Assembly (NCBI GenBank): GCA_963700145.1
Contig: OY969474.1
Coordinates: 3,232,001 to 3,296,000, forward strand
Length of the DNA: 64,000 nucleotides
Origin: an uncultured Acidobacteriota bacterium
Lineage (GTDB): Bacteria; Acidobacteriota; Thermoanaerobaculia; Multivoradales; UBA5704
Direction of reading: 5' to 3'
A model generated the notes under the pieces. It was given only the letters and a program-made list of their open reading frames with translations, made no database searches and had not been told where the DNA came from. Each line of letters begins with the position of its first letter. Within the stretch, counting starts at the first letter, position 1. Made by a program: the position numbers and the translations under genes. This document shows positions 40,701 to 50,481 of the stretch, in pieces.

Positions 40701-42221
40701 TCAGGCGCTCCTTCGAGCCTGCCGGACGGTCTCCAGCCGCGGCCCGTCGAGCGGGCAGGAGTAGCAGTGCGCCACCTCCCGGTCCGCGGGTGCGGCGGCC
40801 GGCTCCTCCGCCGCGCGCGGCATCTCCTTGCCGATGAACGCCGCGAGGGCGGCGCCGAGGAGCATCAGGCCGACGTTGACGAAGGTCGCGATCCGGTAGC
40901 CGGCCTCGACGGCGGCCGGGTCGCGGTAGTCGTTCCCGGCGAGGCCGGCGAGCGCGGGAAGGATCGCCACCGCCAAGAGGCCGGCGGCGCGGGCGACGGC
41001 GTTGTTCACCGCCGACGCGACGCCCGCGTGCTCGGACGGCGCGGCGGCGAGGACCGTGGCCGTGAGCGGGGCGACGAGCGCCGCGAGGCCGAGGCCGAAG
41101 AGCGCCATCGCCGGGACGACCACCGTCCAGTACGACGCGCCCGGCCCGATGCGCAGCGTGAGGAGCAGGCCGCCGGCGGCGATCAGCGGCCCGAGCGTCA
41201 TCTGCAACCGCGGGCCGATGCGCTGCGCCAGCGCTCCCGAGCGGGCGGAGAGCACCAGCATGACGGCGGTCACCGGCAGCAGCGACAGGCCCGAGGCGAC
41301 CGGGCTGTAGCCGGCGACGACCTGCAGGTCGAGGACGAGCAGGAAGAAGACCGCGCTGAGCGCCGCGTAGACGGCGAAGGTGTAGAGGTTGGCGACGGTG
41401 AAGCGGCGGGAGGCGAAGAGCCCCGGCGGCACCAGCGGGTCGGCGCGCCGCCGCTCCACCACCACGAAAGCGGCGAGGCAGGCGACGCCGGCCGCCCCCG
41501 CCGCGAGGACCGCCGGGCTCGCGCCCTCCTTGCCGGCCGCGATCGAGGCGTAGGTGAGCCCCGCCAGGCCGAGCGCGCCGAGCACGGCGCCGGGGACGTC
41601 GATGCGGCGGCCGGCCCGCGGGTCGCGGCTCTCCGGCACGTGCCGCAGCGCCACCGCGACGACGACGGCGGCGAGCGGCAGGTTGACGAGGAAGATCCAG
41701 CGCCACGACCAGGTCTCGACCAGCCAGCCGCCGGCGAAGGGGCCGATCGCCGCGGCGATGCCGCCGAAGCCGGACCAGGCGCCGATCGCCCGCGCCCGGT
41801 CCCCCGGCGCGAACGACGCCGAGATGATCGCCAGGCTCCCGGGGGTCAGGAGCGCGCCGCCGACCCCCTGGAGGGCGCGCGCGGCGACCAGCGTTTCGAC
41901 GTTGGGCGCCAGCCCGCAGAGCGCCGAGGCGGCGGCGAACCACGCCGTCCCGATGACGAACACCCGCCGCCGCCCGAAGCGGTCCCCGAGCGCCCCGCCG
42001 AGCAGGATGAACGAGGCCAGCGTCAGCGCGTAAGCGCCGAGCGTCCACTGCAGGTCCGCGAGGTCGGCGCCGAGATCGGCTCCGATCCGCGGCAGCGCCA
42101 CGTTGACCACCGTGGCGTCGAGCATCGCCAGGCTCGACCCGAGGACGGTGGCGAGGATCACCCAGCGGCCGGAGGGCTCGCCGAAGCGGACTTGGCGGTC
42201 GGAGGTCTGAGCGGCCGTCAT
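40701..42221 (-). CDS. MFS drug:H+ antiporter (DHA2, 14-TM)
   Basis: LDATVVNVALP, GALGDRFGRRR, WRWIFLVNLP. Confidence 0.92.
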   Translation of the reverse strand: MTAAQTSDRQVRFGEPSGRWVILATVLGSSLAMLDATVVNVALPRIGADLGADLADLQWTLGAYALTLASFILLGGALGDRFGRRRVFVIGTAWFAAASALCGLAPNVETLVAARALQGVGGALLTPGSLAIISASFAPGDRARAIGAWSGFGGIAAAIGPFAGGWLVETWSWRWIFLVNLPLAAVVVAVALRHVPESRDPRAGRRIDVPGAVLGALGLAGLTYASIAAGKEGASPAVLAAGAAGVACLAAFVVVERRRADPLVPPGLFASRRFTVANLYTFAVYAALSAVFFLLVLDLQVVAGYSPVASGLSLLPVTAVMLVLSARSGALAQRIGPRLQMTLGPLIAAGGLLLTLRIGPGASYWTVVVPAMALFGLGLAALVAPLTATVLAAAPSEHAGVASAVNNAVARAAGLLAVAILPALAGLAGNDYRDPAAVEAGYRIATFVNVGLMLLGAALAAFIGKEMPRAAEEPAAAPADREVAHCYSCPLDGPRLETVRQARRSA

Positions 42222-42263
42222 CGCGTCGCGGGGGAGGCTACGCGAGCGAGGGGCCTGAGCGGG

Positions 42264-42737
42264 TTAGCAGCCGCCGGCACTGCACGGCCAGCAGTTGCCG
42301 ACGAGAAGGCTGAGGGAATAGACCTGGCCGGCGGGCGCGACGCAGTAATGGTTGCCCTGGGTGTCCTCCAGGCAAAAGCGGCAGTTCGGATGGGGCGGCA
42401 CCCGCGCGCCCACCTGCAGGAGGTTCCGCGCCTTGGACAGGACGAGGTTGGAGGCGGTGATGACGAGGGGCTCGCCGTTGATGACGCAGCCGTCGGTGTA
42501 GGAGACGGGCGGCATCTGCGGCGGCACGACTTGCGGCTCGACCGGCCTCGGGACCGGCTCTGTGTTGACGTACGGCGTGGGAACCGGGTCCGGCTGCGGC
42601 GCCGGCTTGTCGGGACCGATCCAGCCGATCTGGTACAGGATGCCGACGAGGGCCACGATGGCGGTGATGAAGGTCGCGCCTCCGGTCAGCAGGCCGGTCG
42701 CGGACGTCCAGAACGACTTGGTGTTCTCTTCAGGCAC
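42264..42737 (-). CDS. Hypothetical protein: N-terminal TM helix, Pro-rich linker, Cys-rich C-terminus
   Basis: SFWTS..GLLTG..TFITAIVAL hydrophobic segment; several Cys in the C-terminal half. Confidence 0.6.
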   Translation of the reverse strand: MPEENTKSFWTSATGLLTGGATFITAIVALVGILYQIGWIGPDKPAPQPDPVPTPYVNTEPVPRPVEPQVVPPQMPPVSYTDGCVINGEPLVITASNLVLSKARNLLQVGARVPPHPNCRFCLEDTQGNHYCVAPAGQVYSLSLLVGNCWPCSAGGC

Positions 42738-42806
42738 GGCGCAGCACCTTCTCGCTCAAGGGTTTAGCAGAGCCTACCACGAGCTACGAGGCCCCCACCT
42801 GGGCAG

Positions 42807-43120
42807 TCAGCGAACGTCGAGAGCTGCCTTGATGGCTTGGTTGAGCTCGTCCACTTTCGCGGCGTCGCAGGCGCCCATCAGCCGTTTCAAACGGCTCCGT
42901 GGCACGGTCAGGATGTTGTCCAGGTTCGCGACGCATTGGACCGGCAGCCCCTGCCGGCGGCCGAGCACGACCTCGGTCGGCACTCCCCGCACGGTGCGGG
43001 TCACGAGAGCCACCACGATCGAGTCGATCGAGGGAGAACGGCGTCGCGGGTCAGGATCACCACCGGCCGGCTGCCGACCGGCGGCGGCAGCTCAGCCCAC
43101 CAGACCTCCGCGCGTCTCAC
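42807..43120 (-). pseudogene. PemK/MazF-family toxin, frameshifted
   Basis: GTG 43120: MRRAEVWWAELPPPVGSRPVVILTRD; frame breaks at CTCCC (about 43032); continues SIDSIVVALVTRTVRG...NLDNI. Span is 314 nt, 1 nt short of a whole codon count. Confidence 0.85.
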
Positions 43121-43332
43121 CCACCGCCGGCCTTCCACGCCGGGATGCCGCTCAGCTCACCAACCAGCGCGGCCTGGGATTCGGCGACCTCGGCCGAGTC
43201 CAAGTCGGTGATCGCGGCGGCTTCGAGGTACTGGCGGACCGCGTCCTCCACGAGGGCGCCGACCTCTCGGTCTTGCCTTCTGGCGAGGTCCCGGAGGGGC
43301 TCCTCCACGCTGCGAGGCAGCTCGATGGTCAT
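43117..43332 (-). CDS. RHH/CopG-like antitoxin
   Basis: MTIELP...L..LA.......LVEDAVRQYL; GTGA overlap with the toxin start. Confidence 0.75.
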   Translation of the reverse strand: MTIELPRSVEEPLRDLARRQDREVGALVEDAVRQYLEAAAITDLDSAEVAESQAALVGELSGIPAWKAGGG

Positions 43333-43392
43333 GGACAGAGCCTATGGAGCCGTGATGGCAGCCGCAAGGGCCTCCGGGAGGCCTCCGCCGGC

Positions 43393-43686
43393 CTCGGAGA
43401 TGTTCCGCCGGCCGCCGGAGATAAGTCTCCGGGGCCTGGAGATAGATCTCCGAGTGCCGGAGATTCATTTCCGGGTGCTGGAGATAGATTTCCTATAGAC
43501 GAAGATCTATCTCCTGGCCTCGGAGATCTATCTTGGACGGCCGGAGATCTATCTCCGGGTGCGGAAGATCTATCTTCCGGTCTCGAAGATGTATCTCCGA
43601 CGGCCGGAGATCTATCTCCAGGCGTCGGAGATCTATTTCCGGGCCTTGGAGATAGATCTCCAGGTCCTGCCGGAACATCTCCAGGG
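43393..43686. repeat. Degenerate tandem array, 14 x 21 nt with palindromic core CCGGAGAT-NN-ATCTCCGG
   Basis: Units such as GCCGGAGATCTATCTCCGGGT recur at exact 21-nt spacing. Confidence 0.9.
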
Positions 43687-43694
43687 GCTGCGGA

Positions 43695-44723
43695 CTAGTC
43701 TCCCGCTCGCCGCGTCTCTTCCAGGATCACCTCCGCCATCGCCGCCGCCACGCAGGCGTGGCCGTGGGGGGAGGGGTGGTAGCTGTCCCTGCCGAGGGGC
43801 TTCTCCGGCGCCGCGGCGCGGCAGGCGGCGAGCGGGGGCAACAGGTCGAGGTGGTGGAAGCCGTGCCGGCGGGAGAGGCCGGCGACGTAGTCGTGCTGGT
43901 CGCCGAAGCGGTAGCTGGCGAAGCGGCGGACGAGGCGGGGGAAGACGGCGACGACGACCTCGAAGTCGTGCTCTTTCGCCAGCCGCGCCAGCTCGGCGAA
44001 GGAGGGGGCGACGGTGTCGCCGGAGATCTGGGCCAGCGCCTCGTCGGTCGCCGCGGCGGCTTTCGCCTCCGTCGGGCGCGGCGGGGCGAAGACGCGGTAG
44101 CGGAGGGCGCGGTAGAGGGCGCTCTTGACGAGCAGCGGGTGGGCGCCCGCCCGGCTGACGCCGCCGCCGCGGCCCTCGGCCTCGAGGAGGGTCTTCAGGA
44201 TGTCGCCGTCCAGCCGCTCGCGGTCGGTCAGCGAGTAGGCGACGAGCACCAGGTCCGGCCGATACCGGAGCCCCTTCTCCTTGAACAGCTCGACCTCCTG
44301 CTGCGTGTTGTAGCCGGAGACGGCGAGGCTGATCACCTCCGCCGGCAGCCCCTTCTCGACCAGCAGCCTCTCCAGCCGCGGCGGGAAGGTGTTCCTGAAG
44401 TGCTGGATCTTGAGCCCCGCGGCGATGCTGTCGCCGAGCACCACGACGCGGTAGACGCCGGGCGGCTTGCGCACCGCGTGGTCGCGGTCGCGGAAGCCTT
44501 CCTTGTTGCTCGCCCCGGCGTAGTCCCAAAAGGAGCCGCTGGTGCCGCGGTAGTCGAGGGCGGGGACCGGCTCGTAGCCGATCTTCGGGTTGCGCGCCAG
44601 GCGGAAGCGCCCCTTCTGGATGATCGAGACCTCGGGCGCGAGATCGAAGAGCCGCACCGCCGCCTCCGCCGCGCCGAGCGCCAGCAGGCAGGAGACGAGC
44701 GAGAGGAGGAGCTTCTTCGCCAC
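43695..44723 (-). CDS. SGNH/GDSL hydrolase-family membrane-anchored protein
   Basis: TM helix, N..GFRD, LGDSIAAG, SGYNT.QE, DSYHPSP.GH. Confidence 0.87.
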   Translation of the reverse strand: MAKKLLLSLVSCLLALGAAEAAVRLFDLAPEVSIIQKGRFRLARNPKIGYEPVPALDYRGTSGSFWDYAGASNKEGFRDRDHAVRKPPGVYRVVVLGDSIAAGLKIQHFRNTFPPRLERLLVEKGLPAEVISLAVSGYNTQQEVELFKEKGLRYRPDLVLVAYSLTDRERLDGDILKTLLEAEGRGGGVSRAGAHPLLVKSALYRALRYRVFAPPRPTEAKAAAATDEALAQISGDTVAPSFAELARLAKEHDFEVVVAVFPRLVRRFASYRFGDQHDYVAGLSRRHGFHHLDLLPPLAACRAAAPEKPLGRDSYHPSPHGHACVAAAMAEVILEETRRAGD

Positions 44724-44775
44724 GGGAGGTGCCGGGGGCGGTATCTTACGCAGCCAGGAAGAGGAGGACGTGCCG

Positions 44776-45315
44776 ATGAAGAGCCTCGCCCCGCGCCGCA
44801 CCCTGCCGCTGCTCGCGGCGCTCACCCTGCTGCTCCCCGCCGCCGCGGGCGCGGCCGAGCATCGCATCGGCGGCGGCGTCCACTACTGGCGGACGCTGGA
44901 CGACGTGGTGGACGAGGGGGTGGACCTCGAGGACGACGGCACGGCCTACGTCGCCTCCTGGCAGATCCTGCCGGCCGGACTCTTCCGCTTCGAGCTGGGG
45001 CTCGAGTACTTCCCCGAGGACTTCGGCGGCGTCGAGGCGGGGGCGGTCTACTCGCCGCAGGCGTACCTGCTCGTCGGCCACGGGCTCTACATCGGCGCCG
45101 GCGTCGGCACGCTCTACTCGGACGACTTCGCGGACACTTTCTCCGACCCGTTCTACGCCGCGCGGGCCGGCTTCGAGATGACGCTCATCCCGCGCCTCCA
45201 CCTCGACGTCAACGTCAACTACCGCGCCAACGCCTTCAGCGACCTGCAGGACGCGGACGTGGACACCCTGACGCTGGGGGCGCAGGTGCGGATCGGGCTG
45301 GGAGGGGACCGCTAA
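44776..45315 (+). CDS. Small outer-membrane beta-barrel protein
   Basis: GAGGAGG RBS, signal peptide, alternating aromatic/hydrophobic beta strands. Confidence 0.68.
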   Translation: MKSLAPRRTLPLLAALTLLLPAAAGAAEHRIGGGVHYWRTLDDVVDEGVDLEDDGTAYVASWQILPAGLFRFELGLEYFPEDFGGVEAGAVYSPQAYLLVGHGLYIGAGVGTLYSDDFADTFSDPFYAARAGFEMTLIPRLHLDVNVNYRANAFSDLQDADVDTLTLGAQVRIGLGGDR

Positions 45316-45330
45316 CCGGACCTTCCCCCG

Positions 45331-45360
45331 CCCAGATCCTTCGCTGCGCTCAGGATGACA
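45331..45360. repeat. Single REP-like unit
   Basis: CCCAGATCCTTCGCTGCGCTCAGGATGACA between convergent genes. Confidence 0.8.
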
Positions 45361-45370
45361 TGGCTGAAAG

Positions 45371-47149
45371 TTAGGGAACGATCGCCGAGGTGTCGGCCCC
45401 GCCGCAGTAGCTCCCCTTGGGATTGACGTAGCTCTCGCTCTGGCCGGTCGCGGTGTCGGTCAGGGTGATCCGGTACTTGAGGTCCGAGAGCGCGCCCCAA
45501 AAGAGCCAGAAGGCGCCGTTGATCTGGTGCCCGTCGAGGGCCTTGACCACCAGCTCCACGTTCTCCGGCGCGAAGAACCAGAAGGTGCCGGTCTGGTCGG
45601 TGCGCGGCACCGCCGTGGCGTCGTGGACGAGGCCGTCGCGCGGGTCGAGGTAGTCGACCTCGACCTGGAGCCGCGCGCCGAGGAGGCAGAGGGCGTTGGG
45701 GCCGGCGGCGCAGACCTCGGCGGCGATCGGCGTCGTCGCCCCCGCCGGCGCGAAGGTGAGCGGCGGCGGGATCGCGTCGGTGTCCAGGAACCCCACCGTG
45801 TCCGCCCGCCCGCAGAGGGTGCCCGGCGGGTTGTGGTAGCGGCGGACGCCGCCGGTCGCGAGGTCGGTCACCTCCAGCCAGTACTCGACGTCCGAGAGCG
45901 CGCCGTAGAAGACCCACCAGCGGCCGGAGATGGCCCGCGCGTCGAGCACTTTCACCACCAGCTCCAGGTTCGTCGAAGAGAAGAACCAGAAGAAGCCGCT
46001 GCCGTCGGTGTCGGGAACGGCGTGGCCGAAGCCGTCGTGGCCGTCGTGGTCGCGGAAGCGCACCTCGACGGCGAAGCGCCCGGCGAGGAGCAGCCGGCGC
46101 TCGGCGAGCGGCGGCCCCGGCGGGTGGGCGGCGATGAAGTCGCGGTAGGCGGCCAGCGCCGGCTTCGGGGCGCCGCCCGGGTCGAGCACGCCCCACTTCG
46201 GCACCGACGCCGCCGGGTCGTCCTGGAGCTCGTAGAAGAAGACCTTGGCGATCCAGGCGCGGTTCGGGTCGCCGCCGAACCAGCGGGAGAGGAGACCGGT
46301 GTAGTGGCTGGCCTGCGAGCCGGCGCCGACCTGGTCGCTCGCCCAGCCGGTCTCGGTCAGCCAGAAGGGCTTGTCCTCGGCGCCGGCCGACTCCAGCACC
46401 TCGCGCACCGACGGGGCGACGGTGTCCCAGAACTGCGGCCGCCGGCCGAAGAGGGTCGAGTCCTCGAGCTTGTCGGTGACCTGGGCGGGGCCGTCCTGGT
46501 CGTAGACGTGGTGGGTGACGAAGTCGAGCTCGTCGCCGGCCTCGAGCAGGACGGCGCGCAGCCAGTCGTACCAGTCGGCGTCGCCGGAGGTGAGGTGGGC
46601 GAGGTCGGGGCCGCCGACCCGCGCCGCCGGGTTGCCGGCGCGCACGCCTTCGATCCCGGGGAAGACGATGCGGTCGAGGTACTGGCGGCGGCTGCCCGAC
46701 CAGAAGCGCGGCAGGTTGGCCTCGTTCCAGAGGCCCCAGTGGTCGATCTTCCCGGCGTAGCGGCGGGCGGAGCGGCGGCAGAGCTCGCGCCAGTCGGCGG
46801 CGTCGTCGGGGACACCGGTGAGGGTCGGGCCGGTCGTCGCCCAGTCGGGCGTGTAGGCGAGGGTGGCGTAGACCTCGAGGTCGCGCTCCTCGGCCTCGGC
46901 GGCGATGCGGTCGTAGAGGCTCCAGTCCCAGGTCCCCTCGGCCGGCTGCACCCAGGCCCAGATGAAGTCGATCCGCACCCAGCCGATCCCCGCCGCCTCG
47001 GCCGCGTCGAAGAGGCGCGAGAGGTTGGGCTCGCCCGGGGCGTGGACGTTGACGCCGTAGGGCGAGGGCTCGAAGGCGAAGGCCGGCGGCGCCGCGAGGA
47101 GGAGGGCGGCGGCCGCGGCGAGGCCGAGGGCGATGGGGGTGCGGCGCAC
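45371..47149 (-). CDS. Secreted clan GH-A glycoside hydrolase (GH5/GH39-like) with duplicated C-terminal domain
   Basis: Signal peptide; WVRIDF.W, WNEAN (acid/base), H.Y, WLTETGW (nucleophile); two C-terminal FWFF..N.ELVVK.LD repeats. Confidence 0.82.
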   Translation of the reverse strand: MRRTPIALGLAAAAALLLAAPPAFAFEPSPYGVNVHAPGEPNLSRLFDAAEAAGIGWVRIDFIWAWVQPAEGTWDWSLYDRIAAEAEERDLEVYATLAYTPDWATTGPTLTGVPDDAADWRELCRRSARRYAGKIDHWGLWNEANLPRFWSGSRRQYLDRIVFPGIEGVRAGNPAARVGGPDLAHLTSGDADWYDWLRAVLLEAGDELDFVTHHVYDQDGPAQVTDKLEDSTLFGRRPQFWDTVAPSVREVLESAGAEDKPFWLTETGWASDQVGAGSQASHYTGLLSRWFGGDPNRAWIAKVFFYELQDDPAASVPKWGVLDPGGAPKPALAAYRDFIAAHPPGPPLAERRLLLAGRFAVEVRFRDHDGHDGFGHAVPDTDGSGFFWFFSSTNLELVVKVLDARAISGRWWVFYGALSDVEYWLEVTDLATGGVRRYHNPPGTLCGRADTVGFLDTDAIPPPLTFAPAGATTPIAAEVCAAGPNALCLLGARLQVEVDYLDPRDGLVHDATAVPRTDQTGTFWFFAPENVELVVKALDGHQINGAFWLFWGALSDLKYRITLTDTATGQSESYVNPKGSYCGGADTSAIVP

Positions 47150-47162
47150 GTCGGGTCAGTCC

Positions 47163-49142
47163 TTATTCCGGCAGCATCGGAAGGCGGCCGACGGCGGCGT
47201 CGGCGGCGGCGCGGGGAGGCCCTTCCTCCTCGTCCGCCTCGCCCCCGTCCTGGTCCTCTCCCGGGTTCAAGAACAGGTTGCTCTCCAGGTTGTATTGCCG
47301 GGTATAGAGGGCGTGGTAGCGGCCGCCCAGGGCGAGGAGGTCCGGGTGTTGCCCGCGCTCGATGATCTCGCCGCCTTCGAGCACCAGGATGGCGTCCGCC
47401 CGCCGCACCGTCGAGAGGCGGTGGGCGATGACGAAGGTGGTGCGCCCGCGCATCAGCTCCGCCAGCCCCTCCTGGATCAGCGCCTCGCTCTCGCTGTCGA
47501 GCGAGGAGGTGGCCTCGTCGAGGATCAGGATGCGCGGGTCGGCCAGGATGGCGCGGGCGATCGCCACCCGCTGCCGCTCGCCGCCGGAGAGCTTGACGCC
47601 GCGCTCGCCGACGATCGTCTCGTAGCCGTCGGGGAGGCGGGCCACGAAGTCGTCCACGTGGGCGATCCCGGCGGCGCGGCGCACCGCCTCGGGGGGCGCG
47701 TCGGGACGGGCGTAGGCGATGTTCTCGTGCACGGTGCCGTCGAAGAGGAAGTTGTCCTGGAAGACGACGCCCAGCTGGGCGCGGTAGTCGACCAGGCGTA
47801 CGTCGGCCAAGTCGTGACCGTCCACCAGGATGCGCCCGGCCGTCGGGCGGTAGAAGCCGGCCACCAGGCCGATCAGCGTGCTCTTCCCCGCCCCCGAGGG
47901 GCCGACCAGGGCGGTCACCGTCCCCGGCTCGGCGACCAGCGAGACGCCGCGCAGGACCGGCGTCCCCGCCTTGTACTCGAAGTGGACGTCCTCGAGCTCC
48001 ACCCGGCCGGCCAGCGGCGGCAGCGGCCGGCGCGCCGCCTCCCCCTCGTCCTCGGTCGCCTCGTCCTGGATCTCGCGGATGCGCTCGAGGCCGGCGAAGG
48101 CCTCGGTGATCTGGGTGGCGATACTCACCACCTGGGCGATCGGCCCGACCAGGAGCCCGAGGTAGAGGGTGAAGGAGAAGAAGGAGCCCAGGGTCATCCG
48201 TCCGGCGAGGACCTCCTGCGAGCCCACCCACATCATCGTCACGCCGATGATCCCGAGGAGGAGCGCCGAGGCGGCGCCGACGATCGAGAAGCCGGTCATG
48301 GTCTTCGCCACGTTGCGGTAGAGGCGGTGGGCGCCCTTGGTGAAGACCAGCGCCTCCCGCCGCTCGGCGCCGTAGGCCTTGACGACGCGGATGCCGGAGA
48401 ACGACTCGGAGAGGCGGCCGGAGACTTCGGCGTTGATCTTCGAGCGCTCGCGGAAGAGCGGGCGCAGCACCTTGAAGGCGAAGAGCAGGATGAGGCCGAA
48501 AAGGGAGAGGACGGCGCAGGCGATGAGCGTCAGCCGCACGCTCAGGTAGAGGAGGATCCCGGCCGCCAGGACCGCGGTGACGAGGCCGCCGACCAGCTCG
48601 ACGAGGCCGCTGCCGACCAGGTTGCGGATCCCCTCGGCGTCGGTCATGACGCGCGAGAGCAGGGCGCCGGACTTGGTCTGGTCGTAGTAGGCGACCGGCA
48701 GCCGCCCGACGTGGCGCTGCACCCGCCGCCGCATCTCGGTGATCGAGCGCTGCGCCGCCAGCCCCAGGACCTGCGACAGGGCGAAGGAGCTGCCCGCCTG
48801 GAGGAGGGTGGCGCCCGCCGCGGCGGCGACCAGGAGCGGCAGCAGCTCGCGCCGGCCCTCCTGCATGACGTCGTCGAGCAGGAACTTCGTGGTGCCGGGC
48901 AGGACGAGAGCGGCGCCGCGGTTGACCGCCAGGATCGCGAAGCCGGCGAGCAGCCGCCAGCGCCGCGCCGCCACCAGCTCGGCGGCGTCCCGCAGCACGA
49001 CGCGCAGCGAGAGCTTCGGCTTGGGCTCGTCCGGCCGCAGCCCGCGCCCCCGCCCGCCCCCCATCCCGCCGGCGATCGTCCGGCGCGAGGAGACCGTGCC
49101 GCCGTAGAGGCCGAGGCGAGCGGGACCGGGAGGCATGGGCAT
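47163..49142 (-). CDS. ABC exporter, fused permease/ATPase (MsbA/MdlB-like)
   Basis: GPSGAGKST, LSGGERQR, ILDEATSSLD, IAHRLST. Confidence 0.93.
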   Translation of the reverse strand: MPMPPGPARLGLYGGTVSSRRTIAGGMGGGRGRGLRPDEPKPKLSLRVVLRDAAELVAARRWRLLAGFAILAVNRGAALVLPGTTKFLLDDVMQEGRRELLPLLVAAAAGATLLQAGSSFALSQVLGLAAQRSITEMRRRVQRHVGRLPVAYYDQTKSGALLSRVMTDAEGIRNLVGSGLVELVGGLVTAVLAAGILLYLSVRLTLIACAVLSLFGLILLFAFKVLRPLFRERSKINAEVSGRLSESFSGIRVVKAYGAERREALVFTKGAHRLYRNVAKTMTGFSIVGAASALLLGIIGVTMMWVGSQEVLAGRMTLGSFFSFTLYLGLLVGPIAQVVSIATQITEAFAGLERIREIQDEATEDEGEAARRPLPPLAGRVELEDVHFEYKAGTPVLRGVSLVAEPGTVTALVGPSGAGKSTLIGLVAGFYRPTAGRILVDGHDLADVRLVDYRAQLGVVFQDNFLFDGTVHENIAYARPDAPPEAVRRAAGIAHVDDFVARLPDGYETIVGERGVKLSGGERQRVAIARAILADPRILILDEATSSLDSESEALIQEGLAELMRGRTTFVIAHRLSTVRRADAILVLEGGEIIERGQHPDLLALGGRYHALYTRQYNLESNLFLNPGEDQDGGEADEEEGPPRAAADAAVGRLPMLPE

Positions 49143-49161
49143 ACCTTACAGTCTCCCCCCA

Positions 49162-49248
49162 CCCAGATCCTTCGCTGCGCTCAGGATGACGTGGGGTCGG
49201 GCTCGTGCCTAGCAGCTACGTCATCCTGAGCGAAGCGAAGGATCTGGG
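49162..49248. repeat. REP-like inverted pair (arms in opposite order to the 12140 copy)
   Basis: CCCAGATCCTTCGCTGCGCTCAGGATGAC ... GTCATCCTGAGCGAAGCGAAGGATCTGGG. Confidence 0.85.
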
Positions 49249-49266
49249 GGCAGGAAGCCTGCGTCC

Positions 49267-50481
49267 CTAGAGAACTTCCCGGCAGAGCCACTCGGCCACG
49301 CGGTTGCCGGCCACCCGATGCCCTTCGAAGTTCCAGTGCCCTTCGCCGGGCGGCGTGTTGGGGAAGCCGTGGAGGTAGGCGCCGGTGCGGGCGGCGTGGC
49401 GCTGGAGGTCGGGGGCGAGGGGGAGGAGCGGGAAGCCCTCGCGGCGGGCGAAGGCGGCGAGGCGGCGCTCGGGGGCGAAGAGGTCGCGGACGCCGAGGCG
49501 GCGGGCGAAGGCGCGGCGCTTGCCGGCGTCGGGGTCGACCTGGATCGGCGTCGTCAGGGTCACCACCGCGAAGCGGGCGCCGTGCGCCCGCGCCTCCCGG
49601 TGCATCTGCCGGATCAGCGCCTCGGTCGTCCGCCAGGCCTGCCGCCACTGGGCGTCCGCCGGCGGCGCGTAGACCGCGTTGTCGAGCCCCAGCTCCTGGA
49701 GCGCCGCCTCGCCGCGCGTCGACTTCCGCGCCTTCCAGGCGCCGACCAACCCGTCGAGCGCCGACTTCGCCTGCTTGCCGAGCTGGAGGACGCGCGAGGC
49801 GTCGAGGAGGCCGTAGAGGAGGCGCCCCGGCGCGCTGCGGCGGAACCGGTAGCCGCCGCTGTCGCGGAAGGAGGCGTCGAGCGTCAGGCGGGGAGGATCG
49901 CCCGCCAGCGTGAAATAGGGGCGGAGCGGGTCCTGCTCGAGCGGCCGGTGGTTGTTGCGGACGTCGTTGCCGGCGTAGAAGCCGAGGAGGACGAGGTCGG
50001 GGCGGTACTTCCAGACCTCGTGGCGCAGGGTCAGGAGCTCCTGCGCCGTGCCGTAGCCGGAGACGCCGAAGTTGAGCACCTCGACCCGCCGCCCGCGCAA
50101 CGGCTCGCAGCCTTCGAGCCGGCGCTCGACGAGCTCCCAGAAGGTGCGGTCGCGCGGCACCTGCAGGGCCTCTACCATCGAGTCGCCGAGCAGAGCGATG
50201 CGCAGCTCGCGCGGCGGCTTGGCCAGGGGGTGCTCCTCGTCGCGCAGGCCGTCGCGGTTGATCCGCACCGGCGCGTCCCCCTCCTGGCGCCAGCGGCCGG
50301 CGGCGCCGGGGCGCAGCTCCCAGCCGCGCACCGGGTCGGGGCGGTAGAAGTTGGGGTGGGACCAGCCGACCAGCCGGAGCCCGAGCTCCAGCGCGGCGAG
50401 CGCGAAGAGGGTCGCCGCGGCGGCGAGGGCGAAGCGCGCCAGCAGCCGCCGCGGTCTCATCGCGCTAGGCGCAGACCTCAC
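49267..50481 (-). CDS. SGNH/GDSL hydrolase-family protein
   Basis: TM helix, NRDGLRD, LGDSMVE, NFGVSGYGT.QE, GND, GHWN. Start may be ATG 50460. Confidence 0.88.
   Translation of the reverse strand: MRSAPSAMRPRRLLARFALAAAATLFALAALELGLRLVGWSHPNFYRPDPVRGWELRPGAAGRWRQEGDAPVRINRDGLRDEEHPLAKPPRELRIALLGDSMVEALQVPRDRTFWELVERRLEGCEPLRGRRVEVLNFGVSGYGTAQELLTLRHEVWKYRPDLVLLGFYAGNDVRNNHRPLEQDPLRPYFTLAGDPPRLTLDASFRDSGGYRFRRSAPGRLLYGLLDASRVLQLGKQAKSALDGLVGAWKARKSTRGEAALQELGLDNAVYAPPADAQWRQAWRTTEALIRQMHREARAHGARFAVVTLTTPIQVDPDAGKRRAFARRLGVRDLFAPERRLAAFARREGFPLLPLAPDLQRHAARTGAYLHGFPNTPPGEGHWNFEGHRVAGNRVAEWLCREVL

Noticed and set aside
43393..43686. CRISPR interpretation of the 21-nt arrays (also 29686-29895)
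   Set aside because: Units are contiguous and degenerate with no unique spacers; no cas genes in the window.
42562..43698. 378-aa ORF ending in GDLSPG repeats (similarly 29561-30739)
   Set aside because: Overlaps genuine opposite-strand genes, has no credible start, and stays open only because the repeat lacks stops.
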